This document shows, in pieces, positions 9,663 to 21,197 of a stretch of DNA of 24,664 nt (position 1 is the first letter of the stretch; every line of letters starts with the position of its first letter). The translations under genes and the position numbers were made by a program. Source of the stretch: Octopus sinensis (lineage: Eukaryota). Location: assembly GCF_006345805.1 (NCBI RefSeq), contig NW_021836345.1, forward strand, positions 1-24,664. Direction: 5' to 3'. The notes below the pieces were generated by a model, which did no database searches, was not told the origin of the DNA, and saw only the letters and a program-made list of their open reading frames with translations.

Positions 9663-10072
9663 AACATCTTATAATGTGATACCAGGACCATATTAACGTT
9701 ACATATGGAACGTCGTCTATCTTAAGGTGTTCTGGAGTCTAGGCTGAACTGGAGCTAAAAATATATCTACAACAACAGAAACGACGACCTTCCACAACTT
9801 CTTCTGCGGCTGTCCTTATCTGCTGACGGAACAAAAATATTATCTTCATACATGAGATGACCCAATGCCTAAAGATGAAAGACAAAGACGACAGGATTAT
9901 CAGTTCTACGTAATTAAGATATAAACCATGGAAGGTGTTTCTACGTGTCCATATCAAAAATGGCAGAAATGGCAACCGAATGCCCCTTAAAACACTAACG
10001 TACCTCGTTAAAATGTTGAGGCTTCTGTAACATGTGAAATAAATGTGTAGTTAAGAAATTTACCTATCAACA

Positions 10073-10172
10073 ACGAAGTTTTGGTTTCAGTACCATTGTG
10101 GGACACTGTTGGTGTCTTGTACTGAAAACATCGGTACAACTAATGCGTATGATTCGAGGGAATTTTGGTTGC
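10073..10172 (+). mobile_element. Short dispersed repeat (SINE-like fragment)
   Basis: Core 10114-10172 matches the reverse complement of 18947-19004 with 5 mismatches in 58 nt. Confidence 0.7.
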
Positions 10173-10182
10173 GATAATGATT

Positions 10183-10505
10183 TAGAATAGAGAAAGCAAA
10201 CTGTACAGTAGTAAAAATCGGCGGCCCAGCGGATGCGAACATGAAGCGGAAGATCAGGGAAATAGAGAATATCTACGCTGAACTATTGTGAAATCTGCAG
10301 TTACTCTATCCGGATCACAAGTTCAGGTTTATACCTGTAATTATTGGGGCCATGGGATATGTAACACACTGCCGAAATAACAATCTTGAGAAATTAGGCT
10401 TCTTAAAACCAGAAAAGTGAAAGCTAATTCGAAGATTACAGATCCAATCCACCACTGGCTCTGTAAAAATCTGTAGAAACTTTGCAGAAGTTTATCATTT
10501 AAATA
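10183..10505 (+). pseudogene. RLE non-LTR retrotransposon (R4/Dong-like) C-terminal endonuclease relic
   Basis: Reads VVKIGGPADANMKRKIREIENIYAELL*NLQLLYPDHKFRFIPVIIGAMGYVTHC..LEKLGF..KLIRRLQIQSTTGSVKIC; PVIIGA.G is typical of RLE C-termini. Confidence 0.8.
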
Positions 10506-10589
10506 TATATGAGCATGCTTAGATATGCAGCTATATGGATGAGAATATATACACACATATAAAAGAACATGCAAATCTGTACATACACG

Positions 10590-10930
10590 CATATATGCAT
10601 ACATACATAAATACATACAAACATTCATACATAAATACATACATGAATACATACATATATACATACATACAAACATAAATACATACAGACATACATACAT
10701 ACATGCATGCATACATACATACATACATGCATACATGCATGCATGCATACATACATACACACACACATGCATACATACATGCATACATACATACATACAT
10801 ACATACATACATACACACATAAATACATACATACATACATACATACATACATACATACATTCATACATACATACATACATACATACATACATACATACAT
10901 ACATACATACATTCATACATGCATACATAC
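10590..10930. repeat. (CATA)n/(CATG)n microsatellite
   Basis: Direct reading. Confidence 0.95.
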
Positions 10931-11060
10931 GCTTTGTTGCATTCTCAGTCCGTACCCTACTCAAATATATATCTCAGAAGTAAATATCTCTGAATTAGAA
11001 CAGATTACTTGTACAAAGAATATATGAAAAAAATCAATATATGAATAAAGTCTTTATATT

Positions 11061-11220
11061 GCGCAGTCGTGGCTGTGTCCTGAAAAGCTGGCTTCATGAC
11101 CCCGTGGTTTCCGTTACAGTCCCAGTGCGCAGCAACTTAAACAACTGTCTTCTGTTATAATATAACTGCGATGGTTTGTGAATGAATTTGGTAAACAAAA
11201 CTGCGTGGAAGCGCATTGTA
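11061..11220 (+). mobile_element. SINE family A, degenerate 5' half
   Basis: GCGCAG..GTGGCTGTGT..CAGTCCCAGTGCG..TGTCTTCTG..GAATTTGGTAAACAAAACTG aligns with 19818-19980. Confidence 0.7.
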
Positions 11221-11224
11221 TATT

Positions 11225-11278
11225 TTATATATATGTGTGTATGTATATATATATATATATAATATATAATATATATAT

Positions 11279-11310
<32 letters not shown>

Positions 11311-11337
11311 ATATATATATATATATATTATATATAT

Positions 11338-11365
<28 letters not shown>
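11225..11365. repeat. (TA)n-rich microsatellite
   Basis: Direct reading. Confidence 0.95.
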
Positions 11366-11369
<4 letters not shown>

Positions 11370-11530
11370 GAGGGCATTATACATACATGCCAGGAGGCAT
11401 TGTATATACATGCCAAACGCTAAGAGGGACAATCAGTCATTTCTACCAAAAATATTACTAATCCCACCGAATGCAATTTTTCAAAGTAAGACATTTAAAA
11501 ATATAGACCTGTATCACAGTGATTTCATAC

Positions 11531-11636
11531 TTACGTAATCATCAGCAGGCCTGAATGTATTATAAATAAACAACGACCCTGCCTCGCCTAAGCCGATCAG
11601 CTAACTGATCAACATCAACGAAGCACATGGGTGAGT
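11531..11636 (+). promoter_or_regulatory. Candidate Pol II promoter and ATG-terminal first exon
   Basis: TTACGTAA at 11531-11538, TATAAATA at 11561-11568, no ATG between the expected start site (about 11592) and ATG 11627, then G|GTGAGT donor at 11631. Short motifs only. Confidence 0.2.
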
Positions 11637-11750
11637 TTATATATATTACATCCGGGTAAATGGTAAACTTTTACGAATTGCATTTCGGGAGAGGAAAAGT
11701 TTTTTCGGAATAAAAATTTAGCAATTAAGGACAACTACTTAATAAGTAGT

Positions 11751-11785
<35 letters not shown>

Positions 11786-11810
11786 TAATAATAATAATAA
11801 TAATAATAAT

Positions 11811-12061
11811 AGGGAGTATGGCTCCAAACTTACAGGGAAAAATTAGATTTAGGATTAAATCAAATTTCACAGTATACTTTGATAGGTTTCGGCCATTATT
11901 GGCCCAGGCCATGTCTAACTTAATAGCACCACCTGGTGGGTGGTATAAATATATAAAATATATAAAATATGAATTAGAGAAAAAAACCACAATTAGGCAA
12001 CTCAAATTGGTTTATGTCTATCACTGTTTGAGTTGCCTAATAGTGGTTTTATCACTAATTC

Positions 12062-12065
<4 letters not shown>
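11811..12065 (+). repeat. Fold-back repeat family (copy A) with 40-bp hairpin
   Basis: CTCCAAACTTACAGGGAAAAATT block; inverted arms 11967-12006 and 12027-12065 with a 20-nt loop. Confidence 0.8.
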
Positions 12066-12107
<42 letters not shown>

Positions 12108-12464
12108 CATTGAAACACTGAGATTTTAAATCAGATGTCACTACTATTCATATCATCTGTGGATAAATTTTAAAATTGATGATATCACCAGCAGTGACAT
12201 AGGTGGTTCGTAGGCGCAATAGCATTAAATAGCTACGAATTATAAATTTGCACAAAGCGTAAGGATGCTTAACAAGCATCTACCTGCTAGAAATAAGAGC
12301 TAAAGTCTGTAAGTTTATCCACCGTACCGTACCAAGATTACAGAGAAAAACAGTATGCGAGGAAAGCAGAAAGGATTAAAACATTTAACAGCACAAATAA
12401 AAATATTATGCAATTAGGAATATCCCCAAACCAGGTTTCGGCTTTTGGGTTTAAATATGTATAT

Positions 12465-12587
<123 letters not shown>

Positions 12588-13060
12588 TAAAGGGTGAAAT
12601 ATAATTAATTTACTAAAATCAATAAATTTCACCTATTTCGGTATGGAAAAGGACCATATTCGGTAAAAATTTATATAATTATAATAATAAGGGATTTTTG
12701 CAACAAGTTGCTTAAACCACATACAGAAATATTAGAAATAGCAGCCAAATATATATAGTATATGTGCACGTGTGTTTCCGGACGTCCGTTCCTTGTTAGT
12801 ATTAAGCTTAAATCGAACGTATAACGATGGGGATACAATTTATTCGATAATCCCTTCAAAGCAGTCTTCTAGGATATCAGCAGTCTGATGACTGAAACAA
12901 GAATAAGAATTTTCTTAAAATATCAAAACCCGAATTGCAACGTCTTCTAAAACGCAAATATGCTAGAAATAGGAGTCAAAGTGCTGGGCTTGAATATCTC
13001 AAGAAAACCCTTGGAAAGAAACACTCGGCACGCGTATCTTTCTCGTTAATTAGAAAATAT

Positions 13061-13170
13061 GCGAATTGGCAGAATCGTTAGCACGCCAGGCGAAATTCTT
13101 CGTGGCATTTCGTTCGTTCAAATTCCGCCGAGATCAATTTTACTTTTCATCGTTTCGGGGGTGATAAAAT
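13061..13170 (+). mobile_element. SINE family B, truncated
   Basis: GCGAATTGGCAGAATCGTTAGCACGCCAGGCGAAAT..GTTCAAATTCCGCCGAG..TTTCATCGTTTCGGGG. Confidence 0.85.
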
Positions 13171-13196
13171 ATCGATAATAATATCGAAAGCAAACT

Positions 13197-14180
13197 TGTG
13201 CAATCCAAAAACGGGAGATGGCTACTGAATATCTGAGGAACAAATGAGATACCAAAGTCGATATTCTCTCAAAATGCAAGTCCCAGGTGTCAATTATATC
13301 ACTCATATGTCGCAGACAAAACATAGGTAACTAGAAGCTCATCAAAAATATCAACAAGGTACTACTTCTCTCTATAACATGATGGTATTGCTAAATCAAC
13401 AGACAATACCATTCACATAAAAGAAACCACCTGGGATTACTATAAATACCATCAACATACATACCAACATAAGGAATATTGGTGGAGATTCCCATCAGAA
13501 TTTCTACCAAATACAACTACAATAGATTCCATAGAACTTTCTTTGAATCATTTCGGTTTGAACGGCAGTTTTTTTCTAGCGGTGTCATATGAAATTGTCA
13601 CCCATAATTATAACCCTAGTATCAATCTATTGCATTTCAATCTGTTTTAGGGTTAGGGTTGGTTAGGGTTAGGGGTGGGGGGAAGGGTATCTTTTTTTGT
13701 AAATAAAACCCAATCTGTTTTTGAAACGAGGGACATATTCATACGGCACAGAATTTTTTTTTACCTCAATGGACGTCATTGATTGGTTGAAATTGTAGAA
13801 ATTGAAGAAAAAAACAACAAATATTTACAAACTATAGAATTTTCTCAATAAAGCCAAGAGAAAAAGATGTTTTATAAACACAGTCTACCAGTATACGAAG
13901 TTTAGTATCCTATGTTTAGTTACGTGGAAATTATTTAAAAAAAACTGCCGTTCAAACCGAAAAGATCCCTTTCTTTGGTGGGGTTAGAAAAGAAGAGTTG
14001 CATATAGTCATAGTGATTAGCAACCCTACGGATATTAACATTTCAACCAAAGTCAGGGGATAGGGAGAAAATCCATAGAGAACTAATTCAAAACCTGAAG
14101 CTCTTCTACCCTGATTGTAAATTTACATTTATATCAATAATCATTCATAATCATCGATACACTTGGTTATATTACTTAAT
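13197..14180 (+). pseudogene. Decayed RLE non-LTR retrotransposon C-terminus, split by a MITE
   Basis: Left part reads AIQKREMATEYLRNK, CKSQV..ITH, KISTRYYFSL*HDGIAK, HKEYWW (zinc-knuckle/RHD region); right part reads ISNPTDINISTKV, ELIQNLKLFYPDCKFTFISII, homologous to 10183-10505. Confidence 0.7.
13544..13969. mobile_element. MITE with ~30-bp TIRs (GGG..CCC ends; possibly PIF/Harbinger-like) carrying TTAGGG repeats
   Basis: Left ATCATTTCGGTTTGAACGGCAGTTTTTTT; right AAAAAAACTGCCGTTCAAACCGAAAAGATCCC; left terminus degraded, TSD not clear. Confidence 0.85.
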
Positions 14181-14257
14181 TTTTTTGCCCCACGATTAAA
14201 GATATATCAAAATAGTTCGTTTTAAAAATGAAGCAATACATGGTAAGAGAGTCCCAT

Positions 14258-14259
<2 letters not shown>

Positions 14260-14311
<52 letters not shown>

Positions 14312-14435
14312 TCTACACACAACACACACACACACATATATTATATATGTATGTGTATGTTATATATATATGTATGCATATATATATACATGTATATATG
14401 TATGTATAATATATATAATATATATAATATATATA

Positions 14436-14475
<40 letters not shown>

Positions 14476-14523
14476 TTATATGTATATATGTATGCAGGTA
14501 TGTATGTATATATGCATATATAT

Positions 14524-14580
<57 letters not shown>
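14260..14580. repeat. (TA)n/(TATG)n microsatellite
   Basis: Direct reading. Confidence 0.95.
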
Positions 14581-14594
14581 TGTAAGTATTTATT

Positions 14595-14790
14595 GTCTGT
14601 GTGTCTGTGGTTGTCCTTCACCATCGCTTGACATCGATGTTGCTGTGTTTAGTCTCCGTAACTTAGCGGTTCGGTTTTGGAAACGAGACCGATAGAATAA
14701 GTACTAGGCTGGGATCGACATGTCCGACTAAAGGTCGTACGCCGTATAGCTGCAATCAAATGGTTGAAAGAACCAAAAAGATAAAATAAT
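14595..14790 (+). mobile_element. SINE family A, 3' half
   Basis: CCATCGCTTGACA..GTAACTTAGCGGTTCGG..GAGACCGATAGAATAAGTACTAGGCT matches 20040-20150. Confidence 0.85.
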
Positions 14791-14801
14791 AAAGGAATAT
14801 A

Positions 14802-15718
14802 CAACGTGTCCCGGAAAGTTTTGTCCATGTTTAAAACACTTCCTAAAGTATATTGGTTGAGGTAATCCTATCTACGTTTTACATAAAGATTTGTACATGT
14901 CTTTTGTTCATATGTCTATTGTTTCGTTCGTCTATAACAGGTCTGTAAACAAACATGGCGTCGAAAGCAAGACGCGACGAGCTTGCCGCTTTGAAAGCAG
15001 CTGAAGTGAGCAACAAGGACATAAGAAAATAGTTGAATGTGTGCCGTAAAACAGTGTTCAATACATGGAAGATCTTCACCAGAAGATCTTCTACTATGGA
15101 GGTAGTTACCAACAGGCTGAATGGCAGGCCTTGTGCTCGAAGGTAGCAGGAGTTATTTCTGTCGCCAGAAGCCAGCTTCTCTCATAGTGTAGGACGCAGT
15201 TGCATCTGATGGGTCAAAGTCTCTCCTGATCTTCATTAATCCCGGCGTCAATGTCAACAGTGAAGTTTATGTGGAAATGTTGGATGTGAAAGTGTTACCC
15301 TCGGTTCAGAACTGAAAAATGGGCTCCGGCCCACTCATCCAATTTGACACAGCGCATTTCAGCGGTTTTTGGAACGATATGGCCTTCCTCAAGTCCTGAC
15401 ATCAACCCCATGGATTTTGCTATCTGGTTCACTTTTGAGAGTAATTTTCTTTGTTCGCTCCAATTCAAATGTAACAAATCTGAAGAAATCCCTTCCGTCT
15501 TCTTGGATCAAGTTGGATGAAGAGGTGGTTAGGCGCTCATGCAACTCAGTGACCACTCATTTTCAGGTTATAACCAAGGCAAAGGGCGGTACTTTGAAGT
15601 ATAATTACTGCAATGGATTGAAAGTTTACATTAGAACGTGGATGTCAAATTTCATATCTTACCTTAAGTTTATTTTGAATAATTAAGATTTATTAATGTG
15701 GGTAAATCTTTCTGGGAT

Positions 15719-15726
<8 letters not shown>
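14802..15726 (+). mobile_element. Internally deleted Tc1/mariner-superfamily transposon (DD-D, maT-like)
   Basis: Diverged ~30-bp TIRs (CAACGTGTCCCGGAAAGTTTTGTCCATGTT versus reverse complement CACACGTTATCCCAGAAAGATTTACCCACATT), TA at the left, transposase relic inside. Confidence 0.8.
14955..15604 (+). pseudogene. Transposase pseudogene (HTH plus partial DD-D catalytic domain)
   Basis: MASKARRDELAALKAAEVSNKDIRK*LNVCRKTVFNTW; IV*DAVASDGSKSLLIFINPGVNVNSEVYVEML; GAPAHSSNLTQR; WPSSSPDINPMDFAIW; LDEEVVRRSCNSV..KAKGG. NPMD, not the Tc1 NPIE, indicates a DD-D family; multiple frameshifts. Confidence 0.88.
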
Positions 15727-15770
<44 letters not shown>

Positions 15771-15951
15771 CATATACTCACATATACATATCTGTATATG
15801 TGTGCATGTGTGCACACATGCAGTTATGTGCGTTGATATATATATATATATATATATATATAATGTATAAATATATACATATATATTCGAACATACAACC
15901 ATATATGCACACACGTACAGCCCTCGCCCCCGCCCTATGTCTATATGTATA

Positions 15952-15987
<36 letters not shown>

Positions 15988-16080
15988 ATGTGGTGTGTGT
16001 GTATGTGTGTGTGTGTATGTATATATATGTGTATATAATATATATATATATATATATATAGATATATATATATATTATAT
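15721..16080. repeat. (TG)n/(TA)n compound microsatellites
   Basis: Direct reading. Confidence 0.9.
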
Positions 16081-16247
16081 ACTTACAGCAACCTGCTTTG
16101 AAAGGAGCATAGACGACACCACGCCTATTCTGTTTTTTCTTAAAATATAATGCCTTTATGTCAAGCCAAAAATAAAGCTGAAATACTTCCACTAGGTTTA
16201 AGATAATATAATAATAATAATAATAATATAATAATAATAATAATAAT

Positions 16248-16278
<31 letters not shown>

Positions 16279-16671
16279 TAATAAAAAGGAAAGCTGGGAT
16301 AACCAAAAAAAAAATTAAATTTACCAAAAAAGTGTAAAAATGGCAAGTAGTGGGGTGGCGACTGTCACTTTTATCATAAAATCTTGGTAAATATGCGAGA
16401 CACACACCATTAAAAAAAACAACAAAAAAATTCTTTATCTACATAACACAGAAGTGATAAAATTCAAGCTCTTAGCTGTTAAGTTGCAAAACCGAAAATT
16501 CTGCAGCAAAATAAAATTAGTTTTATCACAAATAGACCACACCACATGGTTAACCTGTGTTACGGGTATGTGATTATCAGGGGTAAAAACTAACGAAACG
16601 TGTCGAAATATTTCATTCCTAAGTACACAAACTTCGTAAAGAAACAATTCGATTATAGCATACCTACTTGT

Positions 16672-16703
16672 TTGTTGTTGTAGTAGTAGCAGTAGTAGTA
16701 GTT

Positions 16704-16736
<33 letters not shown>

Positions 16737-16746
16737 TAGTAGTGGC

Positions 16747-16785
<39 letters not shown>

Positions 16786-16834
16786 CGTATTAGTAATAGT
16801 GGTGGTAGTAGTAGTAGTAACAGTAATAATGGTA

Positions 16835-16873
<39 letters not shown>

Positions 16874-16916
16874 ATGGTGGTAGTGGTGGTGGTGGTGGTA
16901 GTAGTGGTAGTAGTAA

Positions 16917-16959
<43 letters not shown>

Positions 16960-16972
16960 GATAGTAGTAGTG

Positions 16973-17033
<61 letters not shown>

Positions 17034-17050
17034 TGCTAGTAGTGGTGGTG

Positions 17051-17083
<33 letters not shown>

Positions 17084-17085
17084 TC
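16672..17085. repeat. (GTA)n/(GTG)n trinucleotide array
   Basis: Direct reading; explains the poly-V/L/P ORFs. Confidence 0.95.
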
Positions 17086-17534
17086 AGCAGCAATTGTTTT
17101 TCTTCTTTAACCTCCAGTTTAGTTCTGATCAAGCTGGCCTATGATCAAAGACATTCCATCCGTGAGAATCTATCTCGGAATACGTTAATCAAATGTAAAA
17201 AGAATCAGACAAAAGAAGAAAAAAAAAATCCTCTGGAGCAGTGAACTTTTCTTTCTCTTTTTTTTTTTTTTTTTTTTTTTGCTGAGTGAGTCTTGATTTG
17301 AAGTGGGTTTAAGTAAAAACTAACGGCTTCTCATTTAGGAACAGGGCTGAGAGTTTTCTTGGGACGAAACCTACTCGAAATCCCTGACCCTTGTAAATGA
17401 CTGGCACCTGGTTTTAATCGATTCTTGATGGAAGAATGTTAAATTTGAACTCGGTGGAATTTGAAGTCAGAACAAACATTGCAAAGCGTTTCCTTTTTTT
17501 CTTTTTTCTTATCGTCAGCCTTGTAAGGTTATAT

Positions 17535-17771
17535 AATGATTTCAAATTCTAGTACAAGGCCAGCATTTTTTTTTTTTTTTTTTTTTGCGGGGGAATGTTT
17601 CGTCAATTTCATCAACCCGACTGTACATCTGGTACTTATTTTATCGATCCCGAAATGATGAAAGGCAAAGTGTACATACATCGATGGGATTTGCATTCGG
17701 ATCATAAAACCGGACGAAATGACGCTAAGCATTTTACCTGTCGTACTAACAATTCCACTAGATGGCAGCCG
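17535..17771 (-). mobile_element. SINE family B, degenerate full length
   Basis: Reverse complement contains AAAATGCTTAGCGTCATTTCGTCC, CTTTGCCTTTCATC, GATAAAATAAGTACCAG and a GGCCTTGTACTAGAATTTGAAATC tail. Confidence 0.8.
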
Positions 17772-17777
17772 TAACAT

Positions 17778-17912
17778 GGATTTCAAATTTTAGCATAAAG
17801 GCTGATGAAAGGCTAAAAGCTACCTCGCCCAAATTTGAACTCGGAACGTAAAGACCGGACAAAATGATGCTAAGAATTCAGCCCGGTATGCAGACTATTC
17901 CACTAGATCGCT
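17778..17912 (-). mobile_element. SINE family B, internally deleted
   Basis: Reverse complement CTTAGCATCATTTTGTCCGGTCTTTACGTTCCGAGTTCAAAT..CCTTTCATC..AAAATTTGAAATCC. Confidence 0.75.
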
Positions 17913-17969
17913 ACCCTAACACATTAGCCACACGAACCACCGCGTTACTTCCTCAGTTAACGTACATCG

Positions 17970-18126
17970 AAACCTTTAAATTTTTAGTTCAAATTCTGCC
18001 CTGGAAGACTTTGCATTTCATCGTTTTGGGGGTCGATAAAATAAGTACCAGTCAAACATTGGAGTTGATGTAATCGACTTAACCATTTCCCGAAATTGGT
18101 AACCTTGTGCCAAAATTTGAAACCAA
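17970..18126 (+). mobile_element. SINE family B, 5' degraded
   Basis: AGTTCAAATTCTGCC..GACTTTGCATTTCATCG..GGGGTCGATAAAATAAGTACCAG..CCTTGTGCCAAAATTTGAAACC. Confidence 0.8.
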
Positions 18127-18200
18127 TGTACATAGAAACAATAGAGGGAGGTACTTTGGTGCTGCACCCATATATATATATATATATATAATAATTATTT

Positions 18201-18310
18201 GAGGGAATATTATTCTTAACTTACAGGGAAAAATTCAATTTAGAAATACTAAATCAATTTCACAAAAAATAATATATATACATATAAGAATTAGAAAAAA
18301 CCCACCTCTT
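18201..18310 (+). repeat. Fold-back repeat family, partial third copy
   Basis: AACTTACAGGGAAAAATTCAATTTAG..AATTAGAAAAAACCCAC shared with 11811-11995. Confidence 0.7.
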
Positions 18311-18465
18311 ATCAATTCAAAATAAAAAATTAAATTACACCATCTCGGAAATTACATATAATAGAAATATTAAATATATAATAACAATAATATACCGAGG
18401 ATTAAATAAATTCCAAAATAATAATAAAAACGTATATATTTGGTATATATTTGGTATATTTATAT

Positions 18466-18862
18466 TCTTTTATTTGCTTACTTGTTTCAATCATTTGACT
18501 GGGGCCATGCTGGAGCAACGCCTTGAAGGGTTTTGGTCCAACAAATTGACTTCCAGGACTTATTCTTTATAAGCCTAGTACTTATTCTATCTTTTCTTGT
18601 CGAACTCCTAGGTTATGGTGACGTAAGCACACCAACATTGGTTGTGAAGTGGGATGAGGGGGACAAATACAGACACAAGCATATACACACATACACACAC
18701 ACACATAAATATATACGACTGGCTTCCCTCAGTTTCCGTTTACAAAATCCAGTCATAAGGGTTTGCTCAGCCCAAACTTACTTGCCCAAGGTGCTATGCA
18801 GTGGCACTGAACCTGGAACCATGTGGTTGGGAAGTAAGCTTCTTACCACACAGCCAACCCTG
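18466..18862 (-). mobile_element. SINE family A, near full length
   Basis: Reverse complement of the 19818-20236 type: head TGGCTGTGTGGTAAGAAGC..ACCACATGGTTCCAGGTTCAGTG, internal CA/TA run, 3' GCTCCAGCATGGCC..TGATTGAAACAAG. Confidence 0.9.
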
Positions 18863-18946
18863 AATAAATATGTGTGTGTGTGTGTGCATTAAATCAATCT
18901 GTATAATATGAGAACCATACGGTGCTTGCTTGAATTGCTATAAATT

Positions 18947-19035
18947 GCAGCCAAAAGTCCCTCGATTCATACGCATTAGTTGTACCGACGTTTTCAGAAC
19001 AAGATATCACAATGGTACCCAAGCCCAAACTTCGT
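18947..19035 (-). mobile_element. Short dispersed repeat, inverted partner of 10073-10172
   Basis: About 91% identity over a 58-nt core, counted manually. Confidence 0.7.
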
Positions 19036-19504
19036 AGTTACTGGCCGCATTTCTAAACTATACAGCGAAGCCGGTATGTGGTATGAAATCACATAAAAAA
19101 AAACCCAGCTTTCATCTCAAATCTACAAGATCGTAGCGAATTCACTTGGCTACTGCTTAACTAAAACCTTAATCCGATCTTAATAGGGCTTATGCTCGCA
19201 GGGAACGACGCATTCATCTCTCTGTCGCCGGATCTCTGTCTAGGAGTTCTTTCTAAACAACACAAACAACTATATCCTTAAGAAACAGCAATGCGTTTCA
19301 CTTTCCTTCTTTAGCAATTCAGTAGGGCGGTGGTTGCATGTTTATAAAGTATTCAGGTCGGTTGGAACAAAAGGAATATATTTGCTCAAAAGAACAAAAT
19401 GCAACTTTATGTATTGTAGACGATATATTTACTCCAGAAAGATTCAAATCTTTATGAAAGGGATTGAGTAGCAAAATTATATAAGATATACCATCTCCTA
19501 GACC

Positions 19505-19524
19505 AATAATAATAAACTAAAGAC

Positions 19525-19584
<60 letters not shown>

Positions 19585-19639
19585 TAATAACAACAATGAT
19601 GATGATGATGATGATATTATAATAATAATAATAATAATG

Positions 19640-19694
<55 letters not shown>

Positions 19695-19707
19695 TAATAA
19701 AAAAAAA

Positions 19708-19738
<31 letters not shown>

Positions 19739-19753
19739 AATAATATAATAATA

Positions 19754-19809
<56 letters not shown>

Positions 19810-19816
19810 TAATAAT
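19505..19816. repeat. (AAT)n microsatellite
   Basis: Direct reading. Confidence 0.95.
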
Positions 19817-19817
19817 A

Positions 19818-20236
19818 GGCGCAGGGGTGGCTGTGTGGTAAGTAGCTTGCTAACCCACCACATGGTTCCGGGTTCAGTCCCACTGCGTGGCATCTTGGGC
19901 AAGTGTCTTCTGCTATAGCCCTAGGCCGACCAATGCCTTGTGAGTGGATTTGGTAGACGGAAACTGAAAGAAGCCTGTCCTATATATGTATATATATATA
20001 TGTATGTGTGTGTGTTTGTGTGTCTGTGTTTGTTCCCCTAGCATTGCTTGACAACCGATGCTGGTGTGTTTACGTCCCCGTCACTTAGCGGTTCGGCAAA
20101 AAGAGACCGATAGAATAAGTACTGGGCTTACAAAAAGAATGAGTCCCGGGGTCGAGTTGCTCGACTAAAAGGCGGTGCTCCAGCATGGCCGCAGTCAAAA
20201 TGACTGAAACAAGTAAAAGAGTAAAAAGAGTAAAAG
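19818..20236 (+). mobile_element. tRNA-derived SINE family A, full length, inserted in (AAT)n
   Basis: GGCGCAGGGGTGGCTGTGTGG (A box-like), GGGTTCAGTCCC (B box-like), internal (TA)/(TG) tract, (GTAAAAGA)n tail; (AAT)n on both flanks. Confidence 0.92.
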
Positions 20237-20244
20237 AGTAAGAG

Positions 20245-20299
<55 letters not shown>

Positions 20300-20664
20300 T
20301 AATGATTTCTTTAACTTGGCACCGGGGCGAAGGATGAGGTGGGGGCATTACAAAGAGAGAGAGAGACATAAAATGTGGGGGGGTTTACGTGCAATCTTAT
20401 AGTTATCAAATTAGCGGAATGGTGGTGAGAAAATGAGACTGTGGAAACGAAAAGTATTTTCTTTATGCTTAAATACATTTTACGAAACCAGGCATCTATG
20501 TGCAAACAATAGTCATTTCATTTTAAAAAAGAAAAACATTTGCTTTGTAATATAAATAATAATTTCATTCTTTAAGCCTCAGACAACTTTATTGTCATAT
20601 GTGTTATTACAGTCTGTCCGTCTGCGTGTCTGTTTGAGTGTCTGTCTGTGTATCCGCCTGTCTA

Positions 20665-21197
20665 TGCATGTATGCATGTACGTACGTATGTACGTACGTA
20701 CGTACGTATGTACGTACGTACGTACGTATGTATGTATGCATGTATGTATGTATGTATGTATTTATGTATGTATGTATGTATGTATGTATGCACGTATGCA
20801 TGTACGTACGTACGTATGTACGTACGTATGTATGTATGTATGTATGTATGTATGTATGTATGTATGTATGTATGTAGCATGTATGTATGTATGTATGCAT
20901 GTAAGCATGTATGCATGTAGTATGTATGTATGTTTATATGTATGTATGTAGTATGTATGTATGTTTATATGTATGCATGTATGTATGTATGTATGTATGC
21001 ATGTATGTATGTATGCATGTATGTATGTATGTATGTATGTATGTATGTATGTATGTATGTATGTATGTTTATATGTATGTATGTAGTATGTATGTATGTA
21101 TGCATGTTTATATGTATGCATGTATGTTTATATGTATGTATGTGTGTATGTATGTATGTATGTATGTATGTATGTATGTATGTATGTATGTATGTAT
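20665..21197. repeat. (TATG)n with (GTAC)n palindromic patches
   Basis: Direct reading. Confidence 0.95.

Noticed and set aside
16087-16177. Minus-strand exon candidate with a GTAAGT donor (LYFWLDIKALYFKKKQNRRGVVYAPFKAGC or an alternative frame)
   Set aside because: No recognisable protein, ambiguous acceptor and no partner exons; such signals are expected by chance in AT-rich DNA.
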